Shown here: positions 37,185 to 47,456 of the stretch, piece by piece | How positions within the stretch are numbered: position 1 is the first letter of the stretch | How the letters are laid out: each line of letters starts with the position of its first letter | Source: Rhodospirillaceae bacterium | Lineage (GTDB): Bacteria > Pseudomonadota > Gammaproteobacteria > Steroidobacterales > Rariloculaceae | DNA: 64,000 nucleotides | Direction: 5' to 3' | Assembly (NCBI GenBank): GCA_024640685.1 | Contig: JAHEEN010000001.1 | Coordinates: 16,418-80,417, forward strand | Translations under genes and position numbers: made by a program | The notes under the pieces: generated by a model | Told to the model about the DNA's origin: nothing | Databases searched by the model: none | What the model saw: the letters and a program-made list of their open reading frames with translations, nothing else

Positions 37185-39121
37185 TGCTCGAGCTCAGGTC
37201 TATTGCGAAACGCGTCGAGGGCTTCGGGGTTCGCGAGCGCGTCTTGATTGCTAACCTCGCGACCGTGAACGATCTCGCGGACGGCGAGCTCGACGACTTT
37301 GCCGCTGATCGTTCGCGGAATTGCCGCTACCTGCAGAATCTTCGCCGGCACGTGGCGTGGACTGGCATCGCGGCGCAACGCCGATCTCAGCCGGGCCTCG
37401 AGCGCCTCGTCGAGGTCGACACCGTCGCGCAGCATGACGAATAGCACGACGCGGACATCGCCGCGCCACTCCTGCCCGATTGCGACGCTCTCGGCGACCT
37501 CGTCGAACTGCTCGACGACGCGATAGATCTCGGCCGTGCCGATGCGCACGCCGCCGGGATTCAGGACGGCGTCGGATCGCCCGTAGATGATCAGGCCGTC
37601 GTGCAACGTCAGCTCCGCGTAGTCGCCGTGATGCCATACGTTCGCGAATCGCTCGAAATACGCGCGCCGATAGCGGCTGCCGTCAGGGTCGTTCCAGAAT
37701 CCGAGCGGCATCGACGGAAACGGTGCCGTGCAGACGAGCTCGCCTTTCTGTTCTCGAATCGCGTGGCCATCAGCGTCGTAGATCTCGACGGCCATAGCCA
37801 GCGCCCGGCACTGTAGCTCGCCTTTATAGACCGGCAACATCGGGTTGCCGGACGCGAAGCACGCTATCAGGTCGGAGCCGCCGGCAATCGACGACAGCTG
37901 CAGGTCCGTCTTAATCGCGTCATAGACGAACTCGAAGCCCGCCGGGCTTAGAGGCGAGCCCGTCGATAAAAGCGTTCTCAGGCTGTCGAGCCTGACCGAA
38001 TCGCGTGGCCGGAAACCCGACTTCTCCAGTGCTGTCAGATAGCCGGCGCTCGTGCCGAAGACCGCGAGCTTCTCACGCTCCGCTATGCGCCAGAGGCGGC
38101 CCGGATCCGGATGAAACGGCGAGCCTTCGTAGAGAAGAATCGTCGCGCCGCTGGCCAGCGACGACACGAGCCAGTGCCACATCATCCAGCCGCAGGTCGT
38201 GAAGTAGAAGACGACGTCGCCGGGTTTAATGTCCGCGTGTAGGATGTGCTCCTTCTGATGCTGAATCAGCGTGCCGCCGGCGCCGTGCACGATCGCTTTC
38301 GGCACGCCAGTCGTTCCGGACGAGTACAAGACGTAAAGCGGATGCGCGAATGGTAGCGATGCGTAGTGCGCCGGCGCATCGCCCTCGATCAATGCGGCGT
38401 AGTCGAGTGCAGTCGGAAACGCTTGTCGTGCAGCCTCGGGATCCCGATTCGGCACCAGCACGAGGGCCTCGAGCTCGGCGAGCTCGGCGACGAGCTTTGC
38501 GACTGTCGGCAACGAGTCGATGCGCTTGCCGTTGTAGCTATATCCGTCGGTTGCAAACAGTACTTTGGGTCCGATTTGACCGAGACGATCGACGAGACCG
38601 TGAATGCCGAAATCCGGCGAGCACGCCGACCAGACGGCGCCGATACTCGCTGTGGCCAACATCGCGACGACAGTCTCCGCAGCGTTCGGCAGGAAGCCTG
38701 CAACGCGGTCGCCGGGCCCGATGCCGAGGCCTCTGAGGGCAGCGGCAAGATTGGCTGCCTGACGGCGAACGTCGTCGCGGCTGTGCTCGGTACGTCGCCC
38801 GGTCTCGTCCCACGCAACGATGGCCGGCGCCGAGTGCTCAGGACGCAACAAATTGTCGGCGAAGTTGAGCTCAGCCCCTTCGAACCATCGTGCGCCCGGC
38901 ATGCGATCGAAGTCGGCGACGACCGAGCGATACGGTTGCTCGGCCTTGATGCCGAAGAAGTCCCACGCGGCGGCCCAAAATTTTTGCGGCTCTCGCAGAC
39001 TGAAATCGTAGAGATGCCGATAGTCGGGCTCATCTAGCTCCGCGCACACCGAGTCGATGAATCGACGCATGTTGCTTGCGGCGATGCGCTCTCGCGTAGG
39101 TTGCCAAAGGGGAGTCGTCAT
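37181..39121 (-). CDS. acetoacetate--CoA ligase (acetoacetyl-CoA synthetase)
   Basis: MTTPLWQPTRERIAASNMRRFIDSV...YDFSLREPQKFW. It has the AMP-binding motif YSSGTTGVPKAIVH and C-terminal IPRTISGKVVE. The internal ATG of track ORF 37181..39535 is used. Confidence 0.9.
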   Translation of the reverse strand: MTTPLWQPTRERIAASNMRRFIDSVCAELDEPDYRHLYDFSLREPQKFWAAAWDFFGIKAEQPYRSVVADFDRMPGARWFEGAELNFADNLLRPEHSAPAIVAWDETGRRTEHSRDDVRRQAANLAAALRGLGIGPGDRVAGFLPNAAETVVAMLATASIGAVWSACSPDFGIHGLVDRLGQIGPKVLFATDGYSYNGKRIDSLPTVAKLVAELAELEALVLVPNRDPEAARQAFPTALDYAALIEGDAPAHYASLPFAHPLYVLYSSGTTGVPKAIVHGAGGTLIQHQKEHILHADIKPGDVVFYFTTCGWMMWHWLVSSLASGATILLYEGSPFHPDPGRLWRIAEREKLAVFGTSAGYLTALEKSGFRPRDSVRLDSLRTLLSTGSPLSPAGFEFVYDAIKTDLQLSSIAGGSDLIACFASGNPMLPVYKGELQCRALAMAVEIYDADGHAIREQKGELVCTAPFPSMPLGFWNDPDGSRYRRAYFERFANVWHHGDYAELTLHDGLIIYGRSDAVLNPGGVRIGTAEIYRVVEQFDEVAESVAIGQEWRGDVRVVLFVMLRDGVDLDEALEARLRSALRRDASPRHVPAKILQVAAIPRTISGKVVELAVREIVHGREVSNQDALANPEALDAFRNRPELEQ

Positions 39122-39170
39122 AGTTGTCGACAGTCGTTCGCGGCCGGGCGTGCCGGGGGGCGATGTTACA

Positions 39171-40838
39171 ATGGCAGCTCTTGTTTCTGCAGGTCTCAGC
39201 TTGCAACGCGATACCCTCGAGTTCGATTTCGTCATCGTCGGCGGCGGTCCGGCTGGACTCGCGACGGCGTGCCGTCTCGGGCAGCTCAGCGCCGAGCGCG
39301 GTCTGGAGCAGAGCGTCTGCGTACTCGAGAAGGGTTCGGAAATCGGTGCGCACGTGATGTCCGGTGCCGTGCTCGAGCCGCGTGCGCTGACCGAGCTCTT
39401 CCCCGACTGGCAGTCCCTCGGGGCGCCGGTCTCGATCGAAGTCGCGAACGAGTCGCTGCATTGGCTCCCAGGCGGACGGCGCTCGCTGCGCGTACCCAAT
39501 GCGCTGTTGCCATTGCCGATGCGAAACGAAGGCAACTATGTCGTAAGCCTCGGGCGACTGTGCCGCTGGATGGCCGAACAGGCGGAGACTCTCGGCATCG
39601 ACATCTTTCCAGGCTATCCGGCTGTCGACCTCACGTTCGCGGACGACGGCGGCGTCGCTGGCGTCGTCACGGGCGATATGGGCCTTGCGGCCGACGGCAC
39701 GCCGAAGGCCGCGCACGAGCCGGGTATCGAGATCAAAGGTCGACGGGTCATTTTCGCCGAGGGCTGTCGCGGCAATCTGGGACGACGCCTGGAGCAGCAT
39801 TTCGGGCTGCGTAACGGCATCGATCCGCAGCACTACGGCATTGGTCTGAAGGAAATCTGGAGCATCGTGCCCGAACGGCACCGACCCGGAACGATTTTGC
39901 ATACGATCGGCTGGCCGCTCGATCGGCACACCGATGGCGGGGGCTTTCTCTACCACGCCGCCGACAATCTCGTCTATGTCGGTCTGATCGTGGGTCTGAA
40001 CTACACCAACCCGTACCTGTCTCCGTTCGACGAGTTTCAGCGCTTCAAGCAGCACCCATTGATTCGCAGCGTGCTCGAGGGCGGCAAGCGGCAAGCCTAT
40101 GGTGCACGTGCCGTCAATAAGGGCGGCTGGCCGTCGTTGCCGCGAGTCACGTTTCCCGGCGGCATGCTCGTCGGCTGCGACGCCGGTTTATTGAATCCTG
40201 CAAAGATCAAGGGCATTCACGCCGCGATCAAGTCAGGCATGCTGGCTGCCGAGTCGGCATTCGCCGCCGTTCACGATGACAACGACGATGCGTATCCGCA
40301 GATGCTTGCGGACTCTTGGCTTGGCGACGAGCTCAGGCGAGCGCGCAACTTCAGCCCGGCCGTGGCGAAACTCGGTCCACTCGTCGGCGGTGCCGTCGCG
40401 TTCGCCGAGAGCAACCTGCTGCGCGGCAGGGCGCCATACACGCTGCGCAATCCGGTCCCGGATCATGGCCGATTGCGTCCAGCAGCCGAGGTCAAGCCGC
40501 TCGAGTACCCGGCGCCCGACGGTGTGTTGAGCTTTGACCGGTTGTCATCCGTCTTTCTGTCCAATACCAACCACGAGGAAGATCAGCCGACGCACCTCCG
40601 GCTCGGCGATCCGACAATTCCGATTGCCAAGAATCTGCCGATCTATGCGGAGCCGGCGCAGCGCTACTGCCCAGCCGGCGTCTATGAGATCGTCGAATCG
40701 AACGGCGGCGAGCCACGCTTCCAGATCAACGCGCAGAACTGCGTGCACTGCAAAACCTGCGACATCAAGGACCCGGCGCAGAACATCACGTGGGTCCCGC
40801 CCGAGGGCGGCGGTGGGCCCAACTACACGGAAATGTAG
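39171..40838 (+). CDS. electron-transfer flavoprotein:ubiquinone oxidoreductase (ETF-QO)
   Basis: MAALVS...FDFVIVGGGPAGLATA (FAD motif). The C-terminal 4Fe-4S region is YCPAGVYEIV...NCVHCKTCDIKDP. The internal ATG of track ORF 39057..40838 is used. Confidence 0.9.
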   Translation: MAALVSAGLSLQRDTLEFDFVIVGGGPAGLATACRLGQLSAERGLEQSVCVLEKGSEIGAHVMSGAVLEPRALTELFPDWQSLGAPVSIEVANESLHWLPGGRRSLRVPNALLPLPMRNEGNYVVSLGRLCRWMAEQAETLGIDIFPGYPAVDLTFADDGGVAGVVTGDMGLAADGTPKAAHEPGIEIKGRRVIFAEGCRGNLGRRLEQHFGLRNGIDPQHYGIGLKEIWSIVPERHRPGTILHTIGWPLDRHTDGGGFLYHAADNLVYVGLIVGLNYTNPYLSPFDEFQRFKQHPLIRSVLEGGKRQAYGARAVNKGGWPSLPRVTFPGGMLVGCDAGLLNPAKIKGIHAAIKSGMLAAESAFAAVHDDNDDAYPQMLADSWLGDELRRARNFSPAVAKLGPLVGGAVAFAESNLLRGRAPYTLRNPVPDHGRLRPAAEVKPLEYPAPDGVLSFDRLSSVFLSNTNHEEDQPTHLRLGDPTIPIAKNLPIYAEPAQRYCPAGVYEIVESNGGEPRFQINAQNCVHCKTCDIKDPAQNITWVPPEGGGGPNYTEM

Positions 40839-41002
40839 AAAATAGTATTTGGAATCAATTGATTGAGGCTTTACTTCGCCCGCGTTTATCGGCGCCAGTT
40901 CCTTGTCTACGCGCGCCGCGTTCTGCTAGCGTCCGACGGCACACGAGGCGGAAAACAACATCACGCCGATGTTGGACATTTAGCGTGCGGAGGGGCTGAC
41001 GA

Positions 41003-41650
41003 ATGCGATTCGTGCTGGCAGTCGGTGGCGGACTAACTGCGACGTTGCTGCTGTTCCTGTTGATGCACACGTTGATCTCCGGCGAGCAGGGATTCACGGG
41101 CGCCACGGAAGGCGGTGGCAGCGTCGATTTCATTCGCGTGCGCGAGGATGAGATCATCCGGGTCAAGAAGCGCGCGCTGCCGGAAGAGCCGCCGCCACCC
41201 GATCGGCCGCCGCCCCCGCCGCAGATTCAGCTTGCCGATCAAGCCGCAAATCCGTCGCCAGTTGCGCTGGACATGGGATTTCCGACTATGGCCGTGCCGG
41301 TCACGACCGGAAACGGTCCGTACATCGGCCCGTACATCGGCCGATGGAGCCCGGGCGATCCGGCCGCCGAAGGTGACGTGATCCCGATCGTGCGCATCGA
41401 TCCGGAGTGGCCACGCCAGGCGTTGATCGAAGGTGCTGACGGCTGGGTCGAGGTCGAGTTCACGATTCTGCCCGACGGCAGCGTCGAGGATCCCGTCGTC
41501 ACCGCTTCCGAGCCGCCGCGGCTGTTCGATCGCAATGCCCTGCGCGCGATTCTGCGGTGGAAATTCAAGCCGCGCATCATCGAAGGCGAGGCCGTATCGC
41601 GTCGGGCTGCGCAACGCATCGATTTCATAATGGACCCGGAGGCGCCATGA
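41003..41650 (+). CDS. tonB: energy transducer TonB
   Basis: 215 aa with an N-terminal TM anchor, a Pro-rich spacer (EEPPPPDRPPPPPQ) and a TonB_C domain (PEWPRQALIEGADGWVEVEFTILPDGSV). No exbB/exbD is adjacent. Confidence 0.85.
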   Translation: MRFVLAVGGGLTATLLLFLLMHTLISGEQGFTGATEGGGSVDFIRVREDEIIRVKKRALPEEPPPPDRPPPPPQIQLADQAANPSPVALDMGFPTMAVPVTTGNGPYIGPYIGRWSPGDPAAEGDVIPIVRIDPEWPRQALIEGADGWVEVEFTILPDGSVEDPVVTASEPPRLFDRNALRAILRWKFKPRIIEGEAVSRRAAQRIDFIMDPEAP

Positions 41651-41725
41651 CGCACTGGAGTGGCTGGTTATGCTGCTGCGCGGCGGCTGCGCCGAGATCT
41701 GACGATCGAGACTTTCGGCAATCAC

Positions 41726-42454
41726 TCAGCCGAGATCCGGCTCCTTCAGACGCTCGAGCAGCGTGACCCGCGTCGCATCCATCAAGCTCGACGCCGAGTC
41801 GTAATCGACCGGATGTAGCGGTGCCCGCACCTCGATCGCCAAGCCACCCGGCCGTGGTAGCCACTGCTCGGCGGGCAACTTCGCACGCGCACCGTGAATG
41901 ACGATCGGTACGACCGGTAGCCGGCTCTTCCACGCCGTGCGAAACGCACCGGGCTTGAACGGCCGTAAGCCCGGAGCTGCCGTGAACGTGCCCTCGGGAA
42001 AAAAGGCTAACGCGTCACCGGACCGCGCCGCCTTAAAAAGACGCCGAGCGACCTGTTTCTTATGGCCGTCATCGCTGCGATTGACGAACTCCGAGCCAAT
42101 TCGGCGGAGCAGCAAACCTGCGAGCGGGAAGCGCGCCATCTCGTGCTTGATAACAAACGTGAAGCTCGGCGGCAGAGCTGCCGTCAGCACGATGCCGTCG
42201 AGGTAGCTCGAGTGATTTGCGACGACGACGCAGGCCGTTGCCGGCAGCTCTACGGAGCCTATGGCTCGAATTGGGCTGCCGATCGCAAGAAAGAACATGC
42301 GCGAGAAGAACCGGGTCGACGTGCGGCGAATCGTGCGGCCCGGCAGCAGAATGACGAGCACGAGCGCCGGTAAGCCGCATACGGCGAGCGCCGACCACGA
42401 GTACAGCCCGTACCCGACGCGCGAAACCAGGCGCAAAACTGCGGTTCCTGCCAT
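41726..42454 (-). CDS. lysophospholipid (1-acyl-sn-glycerol-3-phosphate) acyltransferase family protein
   Basis: 242 aa with an N-terminal TM segment, an HX4D motif (ANHSSYLDG) and FFPEGTF. Confidence 0.8.
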   Translation of the reverse strand: MAGTAVLRLVSRVGYGLYSWSALAVCGLPALVLVILLPGRTIRRTSTRFFSRMFFLAIGSPIRAIGSVELPATACVVVANHSSYLDGIVLTAALPPSFTFVIKHEMARFPLAGLLLRRIGSEFVNRSDDGHKKQVARRLFKAARSGDALAFFPEGTFTAAPGLRPFKPGAFRTAWKSRLPVVPIVIHGARAKLPAEQWLPRPGGLAIEVRAPLHPVDYDSASSLMDATRVTLLERLKEPDLG

Positions 42455-42772
42455 TGTTATGTAAAGCTCGTATCGGATTTAGCGGAACACGGTCGCATCG
42501 GACGAACCGATTTCCGTGACATGGGTCTATTTATGTCAACGGCCAAGGCGATGTGTGACTCTTGTCACGCTGCCTCGGCAAGGCGCTCGCGCATACTTCG
42601 CTCGACGTCGTGGGCCTGGAAGCAAGGATGCTGCGGGCCGCGATCACAATGCGCTGAATGATATATGTTTTCCGGCTATTTTGGCGGAACGGGAGAGCAC
42701 CGGCCGAACATCGTAATGTAACGGTTCGGAAAGGCTGACCACGCAATAGCTCGGAGCCACAGAAGAGACAGG

Positions 42773-43720
42773 ATGGCTCATAATTTTTCACATACCGATG
42801 CGGCTTCACGACCGGGCGCGGGGCACCCCGAGGGCCCGAAGGAAACGATCGATCGGTTTCTCGACGCCATTTGGATGGAGCGCGGACTATCCGAGAATAC
42901 GCTCGGCGCTTATAGGGCCGATCTGCTCGCGTTGACCCAAAGGCTTTCCGAGCGCAGTGTCGAGCTCGTCGCTGCGAAGAAGTCCGACGTTCTCGATTAC
43001 ATCTCTTGGCGAGTCGAAGGTGGCGCAAAGCCGCGCTCGACAGCGAGGCAGCTGTCGAGCTTTCGCCGGTTTTACCGATACCTGTTGCGCGAAGGCACGA
43101 TTTCCGAGGATCCGACGGCGCACATCGCAATGCCCAAGATTGGGCGTGCGCTGCCGCAGTCGCTGACCGAGGAAGAGGTCGATGCGCTGCTTGGCGCGCC
43201 GAACGTGTCAGAACCGCTCGGCCACCGTGATCGCGCGATGCTCGAGCTGCTCTATGCGACCGGCGTGCGCGTATCGGAGCTCATCAATTTGAAGCTGAGC
43301 CAGATGAATCTGAACCAAGGCGTCTTGCGCATCGTCGGCAAGGGCGATCGGGAGCGACTGATCCCGCTCGGCGACGAGGCGCAGGACTGGTTGCGCGAGT
43401 TCATCGACGGGCCGCGAGTCGAGATATTGCTCGAGCGCCAGAGCGAGTATCTGTTCCCGACGCGCCGCGGTGACCGTATGACGCGCCAGGCGTTCTGGCA
43501 CATCATCAAGCGGTATGCGAAGAAGGCCGGCGTGGGCAAGAAGCTGTCTCCGCATACGGTGCGCCACGCGTTCGCGACGCATCTGCTGAATAACGGCGCC
43601 GATCTGCGGGTCGTGCAGTTATTGCTTGGTCACAGCGACGTCTCGACGACGCAGATCTACACGCATGTGGCCCGCGAGCGCATGAAGGATCTGCACGCGC
43701 GCCACCATCCGCGGGGCTGA
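42773..43720 (+). CDS. xerD: site-specific tyrosine recombinase XerD
   Basis: 315 aa with DRFLDAIWMERGLSENTLGAYRADL, the catalytic blocks RDRAMLELLYATGVRVSEL and HTVRHAFATHLL...LGHSDVSTTQIYTHV. It lies next to dsbC, as in enterobacteria. Confidence 0.9.
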   Translation: MAHNFSHTDAASRPGAGHPEGPKETIDRFLDAIWMERGLSENTLGAYRADLLALTQRLSERSVELVAAKKSDVLDYISWRVEGGAKPRSTARQLSSFRRFYRYLLREGTISEDPTAHIAMPKIGRALPQSLTEEEVDALLGAPNVSEPLGHRDRAMLELLYATGVRVSELINLKLSQMNLNQGVLRIVGKGDRERLIPLGDEAQDWLREFIDGPRVEILLERQSEYLFPTRRGDRMTRQAFWHIIKRYAKKAGVGKKLSPHTVRHAFATHLLNNGADLRVVQLLLGHSDVSTTQIYTHVARERMKDLHARHHPRG

Positions 43721-43900
43721 CGGTCGATTCCGGCGGCCTGCCTCGCCACGATAGGGGCTCGCTGCGACTTCGAATATTGCGACCGGGGCCCAATTCGCAG
43801 GTGCGAATCTGCTAATATTCCGAGTCCTGATTGAACTCGTAGCGGGACTGGGCAGTCCTAGCAACTGTGGCGCAAGCTGCGATCGCGAAAGGAGATTGTC

Positions 43901-44614
43901 GTGAAGCTCAATTGGTTGACTCTCGCCTTGGGGCTCGTTGCAGGTGTCGCTGCGGCACAGGATCGTGTCGAGCTGAGTCGTGAGCAGCTCGCTGCCGAGT
44001 TTCCCGGCGTAGATCCCAGCGACGTCTTGGAAGCGGCGCTGCCGGGCATGTACGAGGTCGCGATCGGCTCTTCGGTTGCGTACGTCACGAAAGACGGCCG
44101 CTACGTGTTGCAGGGCGATCTCTACGATCTCGACGAGAATGCCAATCTGACTGAGGATCGCCGCGCCCGCGCGCGCGTCGATATGCTCGCGGGCGTCGAT
44201 CCCGAGACAATGATCGTCTTCAAGCCTGAGAACGGCGAGACGAGGCATACGATTACGATATTTACCGACATCGATTGCGGCTACTGCCGCCAGTTTCACC
44301 GCGAGATTTCGCAGGTCACGAGCCAGGGTGTCGAGGTCCACTATCTATCGTTTCCGCGCACGGGTCCTGACACCGACTCTTGGTACAAGGCCGAGATGGT
44401 TTGGTGTGCCGAGGACCGCAACACGGCTTTGACCGAGGCGAAGCTCGGCGGGCGGGTGCCGGAGGACGAATGCCCGGCGAACCCCGTCGATAGTCACTAC
44501 AATCTCGGTAATCTCGTCGGCGTGCGCGGCACACCGGCTGTGTTCTCGGCCGATGGCCGGGAGCTTGGCGGTTATCTAACCCCAGATCAGCTCATGGAGC
44601 TGCTGGATCAGTAG
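43901..44614 (+). CDS. dsbC: thiol:disulfide interchange protein DsbC
   Basis: GTG start and signal peptide. It has the dimerisation domain, the thioredoxin active site FTDIDCGYC and GTPAVF (cis-Pro loop). Confidence 0.85.
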   Translation: MKLNWLTLALGLVAGVAAAQDRVELSREQLAAEFPGVDPSDVLEAALPGMYEVAIGSSVAYVTKDGRYVLQGDLYDLDENANLTEDRRARARVDMLAGVDPETMIVFKPENGETRHTITIFTDIDCGYCRQFHREISQVTSQGVEVHYLSFPRTGPDTDSWYKAEMVWCAEDRNTALTEAKLGGRVPEDECPANPVDSHYNLGNLVGVRGTPAVFSADGRELGGYLTPDQLMELLDQ

Positions 44615-44738
44615 ACTCGTCGGCGACGTTGAGCGCTGCAGGCGAACCGCCGGCAACGCGACCCCACAGTTTCTTGAATCACGGTTGCGAGGCCGGTAAC
44701 GTCGCCGGTCTTCGCGTATTGCTCGAGGGAACTTCAGA

Positions 44739-45680
44739 ATGAGAACGATCGTTAGTTTCGGTGTCGTCGGTTGGCTCATTGCCGCAACGGCCCATGCTCA
44801 GGGTCCCGACTGGGCCTATCAGCGCGTGACCGAGGAGAAGCCCGCCGCGCACGAGCGTGACCCGAACGAAAGCCGCACGGTGCCGGGTAGCTCGCTGAGC
44901 CTGACGCAAAGCGAGATCGATGCGCTCTACAACCCGCCGAATTGGTTCCCGGATCAAACCGGCGACGTTCCCGAGATCGTCGCTCACGGTCGTGAGCCGG
45001 AGCTGCAGGCATGCGCGCGATGTCACGGCTTTACCGGCATGGGCCACCCGGAATCCTCCGCGCTTGCCGGATTGCCGGTCAACTACATCGTCCGCCAGAT
45101 GGCCGAGTTCAAGAGCGGCGCACGCGTCGACCAATTCTGGATGAATCGATTTGCTGAGCATGCGACCGACGAAGAGGTCATGGCGGCTGCTGAGTATTTT
45201 TCGAGCCTGACACCGCTCGATTGGATCGTCGACGTTGTCGAGACCGATACGATTCCGCGCGTATATGTCGGTGACGGGCGCATGCTGTTCGAGCATCCCG
45301 ACGGCGGCACCGAGCCGCTTGGCTACCGGATCATCGAGTTGCCCGAGGATCGCGAGCTAGCAACGGCGCGGCACCCGACATCGGGCTTCATCGCTTACAC
45401 GCCGCCGGGTAGCATCGCTCGCGGCCAAGAGCTCGTGATGACCGGCGGAAACGGCAAGACCGTGCCGTGCATGGCCTGCCATGGTCCCGATCTGAAGGGC
45501 TTGGGCGATATCCCCGCGATCGCCGGCAACCCGCCGGTCTACACGATCCGCCAGCTCAACGATTTCAAGAACGGCGATCGGGCGGGCTCGATGGCGGCGC
45601 TGATGGTGCCGGCCGTCGCCAATCTGACGACCGAGGACATGGTCGACATCGTTGCGTATCTGGCGACGCTCGATCCCTAA
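44739..45680 (+). CDS. dihaem c-type cytochrome, periplasmic
   Basis: 313 aa with a signal peptide (WLIAATAHAQ) and two CxxCH motifs (CARCHG, CMACHG). Confidence 0.8.
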   Translation: MRTIVSFGVVGWLIAATAHAQGPDWAYQRVTEEKPAAHERDPNESRTVPGSSLSLTQSEIDALYNPPNWFPDQTGDVPEIVAHGREPELQACARCHGFTGMGHPESSALAGLPVNYIVRQMAEFKSGARVDQFWMNRFAEHATDEEVMAAAEYFSSLTPLDWIVDVVETDTIPRVYVGDGRMLFEHPDGGTEPLGYRIIELPEDRELATARHPTSGFIAYTPPGSIARGQELVMTGGNGKTVPCMACHGPDLKGLGDIPAIAGNPPVYTIRQLNDFKNGDRAGSMAALMVPAVANLTTEDMVDIVAYLATLDP

Positions 45681-45693
45681 CCCGACCTGACGT

Positions 45694-46419
45694 TCAATGC
45701 GCGGCAGCGCCCGGCAGCAACGCTCGCCGGGCCGCCGCCTCGGCGTGCAATCGGCATGTGTCGAACAGCGGCACGCTGACGCTCCCGGGCGTCAGCAGCA
45801 AGCCGACTTCGGTGCAACCCAAGACGATGCCTTGTGCGCCGTGGTCGATGAGACGTGCAGCGATCGCCGCGAATGCATCGCGCGACGACGCGCGGATCTC
45901 GCCCCGGCAGAGCTCGTCGAAGATCACATCGTTGACGATAGCGCGGTCTTGCGCGTCCGGAACGAATACATCGAGCCCGAAGCCGTGCTCGAGGCGCTGC
46001 CGGTAGAACGGCTCCTCCATCGTATAACGCGTTCCGAGCAAGCCGACGCGATCGTGGCCGGCTGCGGCAATGTGCTGTGCCGTCGCGTCGGCGATGTGTA
46101 GCAACGGCAGTCGCGTCGCCCGCTCGATATGCTCTGCGACACGATGCATCGTATTCGTGCACAGTACGATGAAATCCGCGCCGCCGCGCTCGAGTTGTCG
46201 GGCGCCTTCGGCGAGCCGTTCGCCGGCGGTATCCCAAGCGCCCGTCCGCTGTAGTGTCTCGATCTCGTCGAAGTCGACACTGAGCAGCAGGATACGCGCT
46301 GAGCTCAAGCCGCCGAGCTCTGCGTTGACGGTCTCGTTGATGATCCGGTAGTAGGGCTCGGTCGAGACCCAGCTCATCCCGCCGAGCAGGCCGATCGTTT
46401 GTTGTTCCGCTGCGATCAT
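45694..46419 (-). CDS. aspartate/glutamate racemase family protein
   Basis: 241 aa with IGLLGGMSWVSTEPYYRIIN, FIVLCTNTMH and IVLGCTEVGLL (the two catalytic Cys regions). Confidence 0.85.
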   Translation of the reverse strand: MIAAEQQTIGLLGGMSWVSTEPYYRIINETVNAELGGLSSARILLLSVDFDEIETLQRTGAWDTAGERLAEGARQLERGGADFIVLCTNTMHRVAEHIERATRLPLLHIADATAQHIAAAGHDRVGLLGTRYTMEEPFYRQRLEHGFGLDVFVPDAQDRAIVNDVIFDELCRGEIRASSRDAFAAIAARLIDHGAQGIVLGCTEVGLLLTPGSVSVPLFDTCRLHAEAAARRALLPGAAAH

Positions 46420-46443
46420 GCGGCGATCACGCGGGCGCGCGGC

Positions 46444-47373
46444 TCAGAACGCCACGTCGGCGCGACCCTTGAGACCCAGCATCGCGCGCGCCTCGTCGGG
46501 CGTCGCGATTTCGAGCGACAGCCCTTCAATGACCGTGCGAATCATTCGGACCTGCTCGGCGCTCGACTCGGCGAGCCGCCCGGGGCCGCCCCACAGCGAG
46601 TCCTCGAGGCCGACGCGCACGTTCGCGCCCATCGTCGCGCCGAGACTCGCGAGCTCGATCTGCTTGCGCCCTGCACCGAGGATCGACCACTGATAGTCGC
46701 TGCCGAACAGGCGGTCGGCGGTGCGGCGCATGTGGACGAGGTCTTCAGGGTGATTGCCGATGCCACCGAGAATGCCGAACACGGTCTGCACGAACAGCGG
46801 CGCCTCGACGAGGCCACGATCGAGAAAATGAGCCAAGTTGTAGAGATGGCCGATGTCGTAGCACTCGAACTCGAAACGCGTGCCGAACGCGCGGCAGGAT
46901 TCGAGGATCATCTCGATGTCGGCAAACGTGTTGCGGAATACGACGTCACGGCTCTTCTCGAGGTGCTCGCGCTCCCAGTCGTAGCGGAACTCTTTGAATC
47001 GGCCGAGCATCGGATACAGCCCGAAGTTCATCGAGCCCATGTTCAGCGACGCGAGCTCGGGCTTGAGATCGACAGCCGGCGCGAGCCGCTCGCTGACTGT
47101 CATGTGCGGGCTGCCGCCAGTCGTAATGTTGATGACGGCATCGGTGGCCGCACCGATGGCCGGCAAGAATTTGCGGAAGATTGCGGGGTCTTGGCGCGGC
47201 CGGCCGTCGTCCGGATCGCGTGCATGCAGGTGCAGCACCGCCGCGCCGGCCTCGGCCGCGGCGATGCCCGCCGCGGCGATCTCCGCTGGCGTGACCGGCA
47301 GGTAAGGTGACATCGACGGCGTGTGGATTGCGCCTGTCGGCGCGCAGGTGATGATGACTTTTCTCACGCTCAT
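46444..47373 (-). CDS. beta-keto acid cleavage enzyme (BKACE, 3-keto-5-aminohexanoate cleavage / DUF849 family)
   Basis: MSVRKVIITCAPTGAIHTPSMSPYLPVTPAEIA...AVLHLHARDP...RVGLEDS. The internal ATG of track ORF 46444..47439 is used. Confidence 0.85.
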   Translation of the reverse strand: MSVRKVIITCAPTGAIHTPSMSPYLPVTPAEIAAAGIAAAEAGAAVLHLHARDPDDGRPRQDPAIFRKFLPAIGAATDAVINITTGGSPHMTVSERLAPAVDLKPELASLNMGSMNFGLYPMLGRFKEFRYDWEREHLEKSRDVVFRNTFADIEMILESCRAFGTRFEFECYDIGHLYNLAHFLDRGLVEAPLFVQTVFGILGGIGNHPEDLVHMRRTADRLFGSDYQWSILGAGRKQIELASLGATMGANVRVGLEDSLWGGPGRLAESSAEQVRMIRTVIEGLSLEIATPDEARAMLGLKGRADVAF

Positions 47374-47456
47374 CGGGGCGTCTCTCCTTTGTAGGGTGGG
47401 CCGATTGTCGTTGCTGTGGCGCCGATCGGGTTGCAGCAAGCAGGCATCGTCCGAGC

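Noticed and set aside
42455-42772. 318-nt lower-GC spacer between plsC-like and xerD, examined for an RNA gene (6S, SRP, RNase P, tmRNA signatures)
   Set aside because: Only short 5-6 bp hairpins are present, and I could not recognise any conserved RNA core. It is probably a divergent promoter region. An Rfam scan would settle it.
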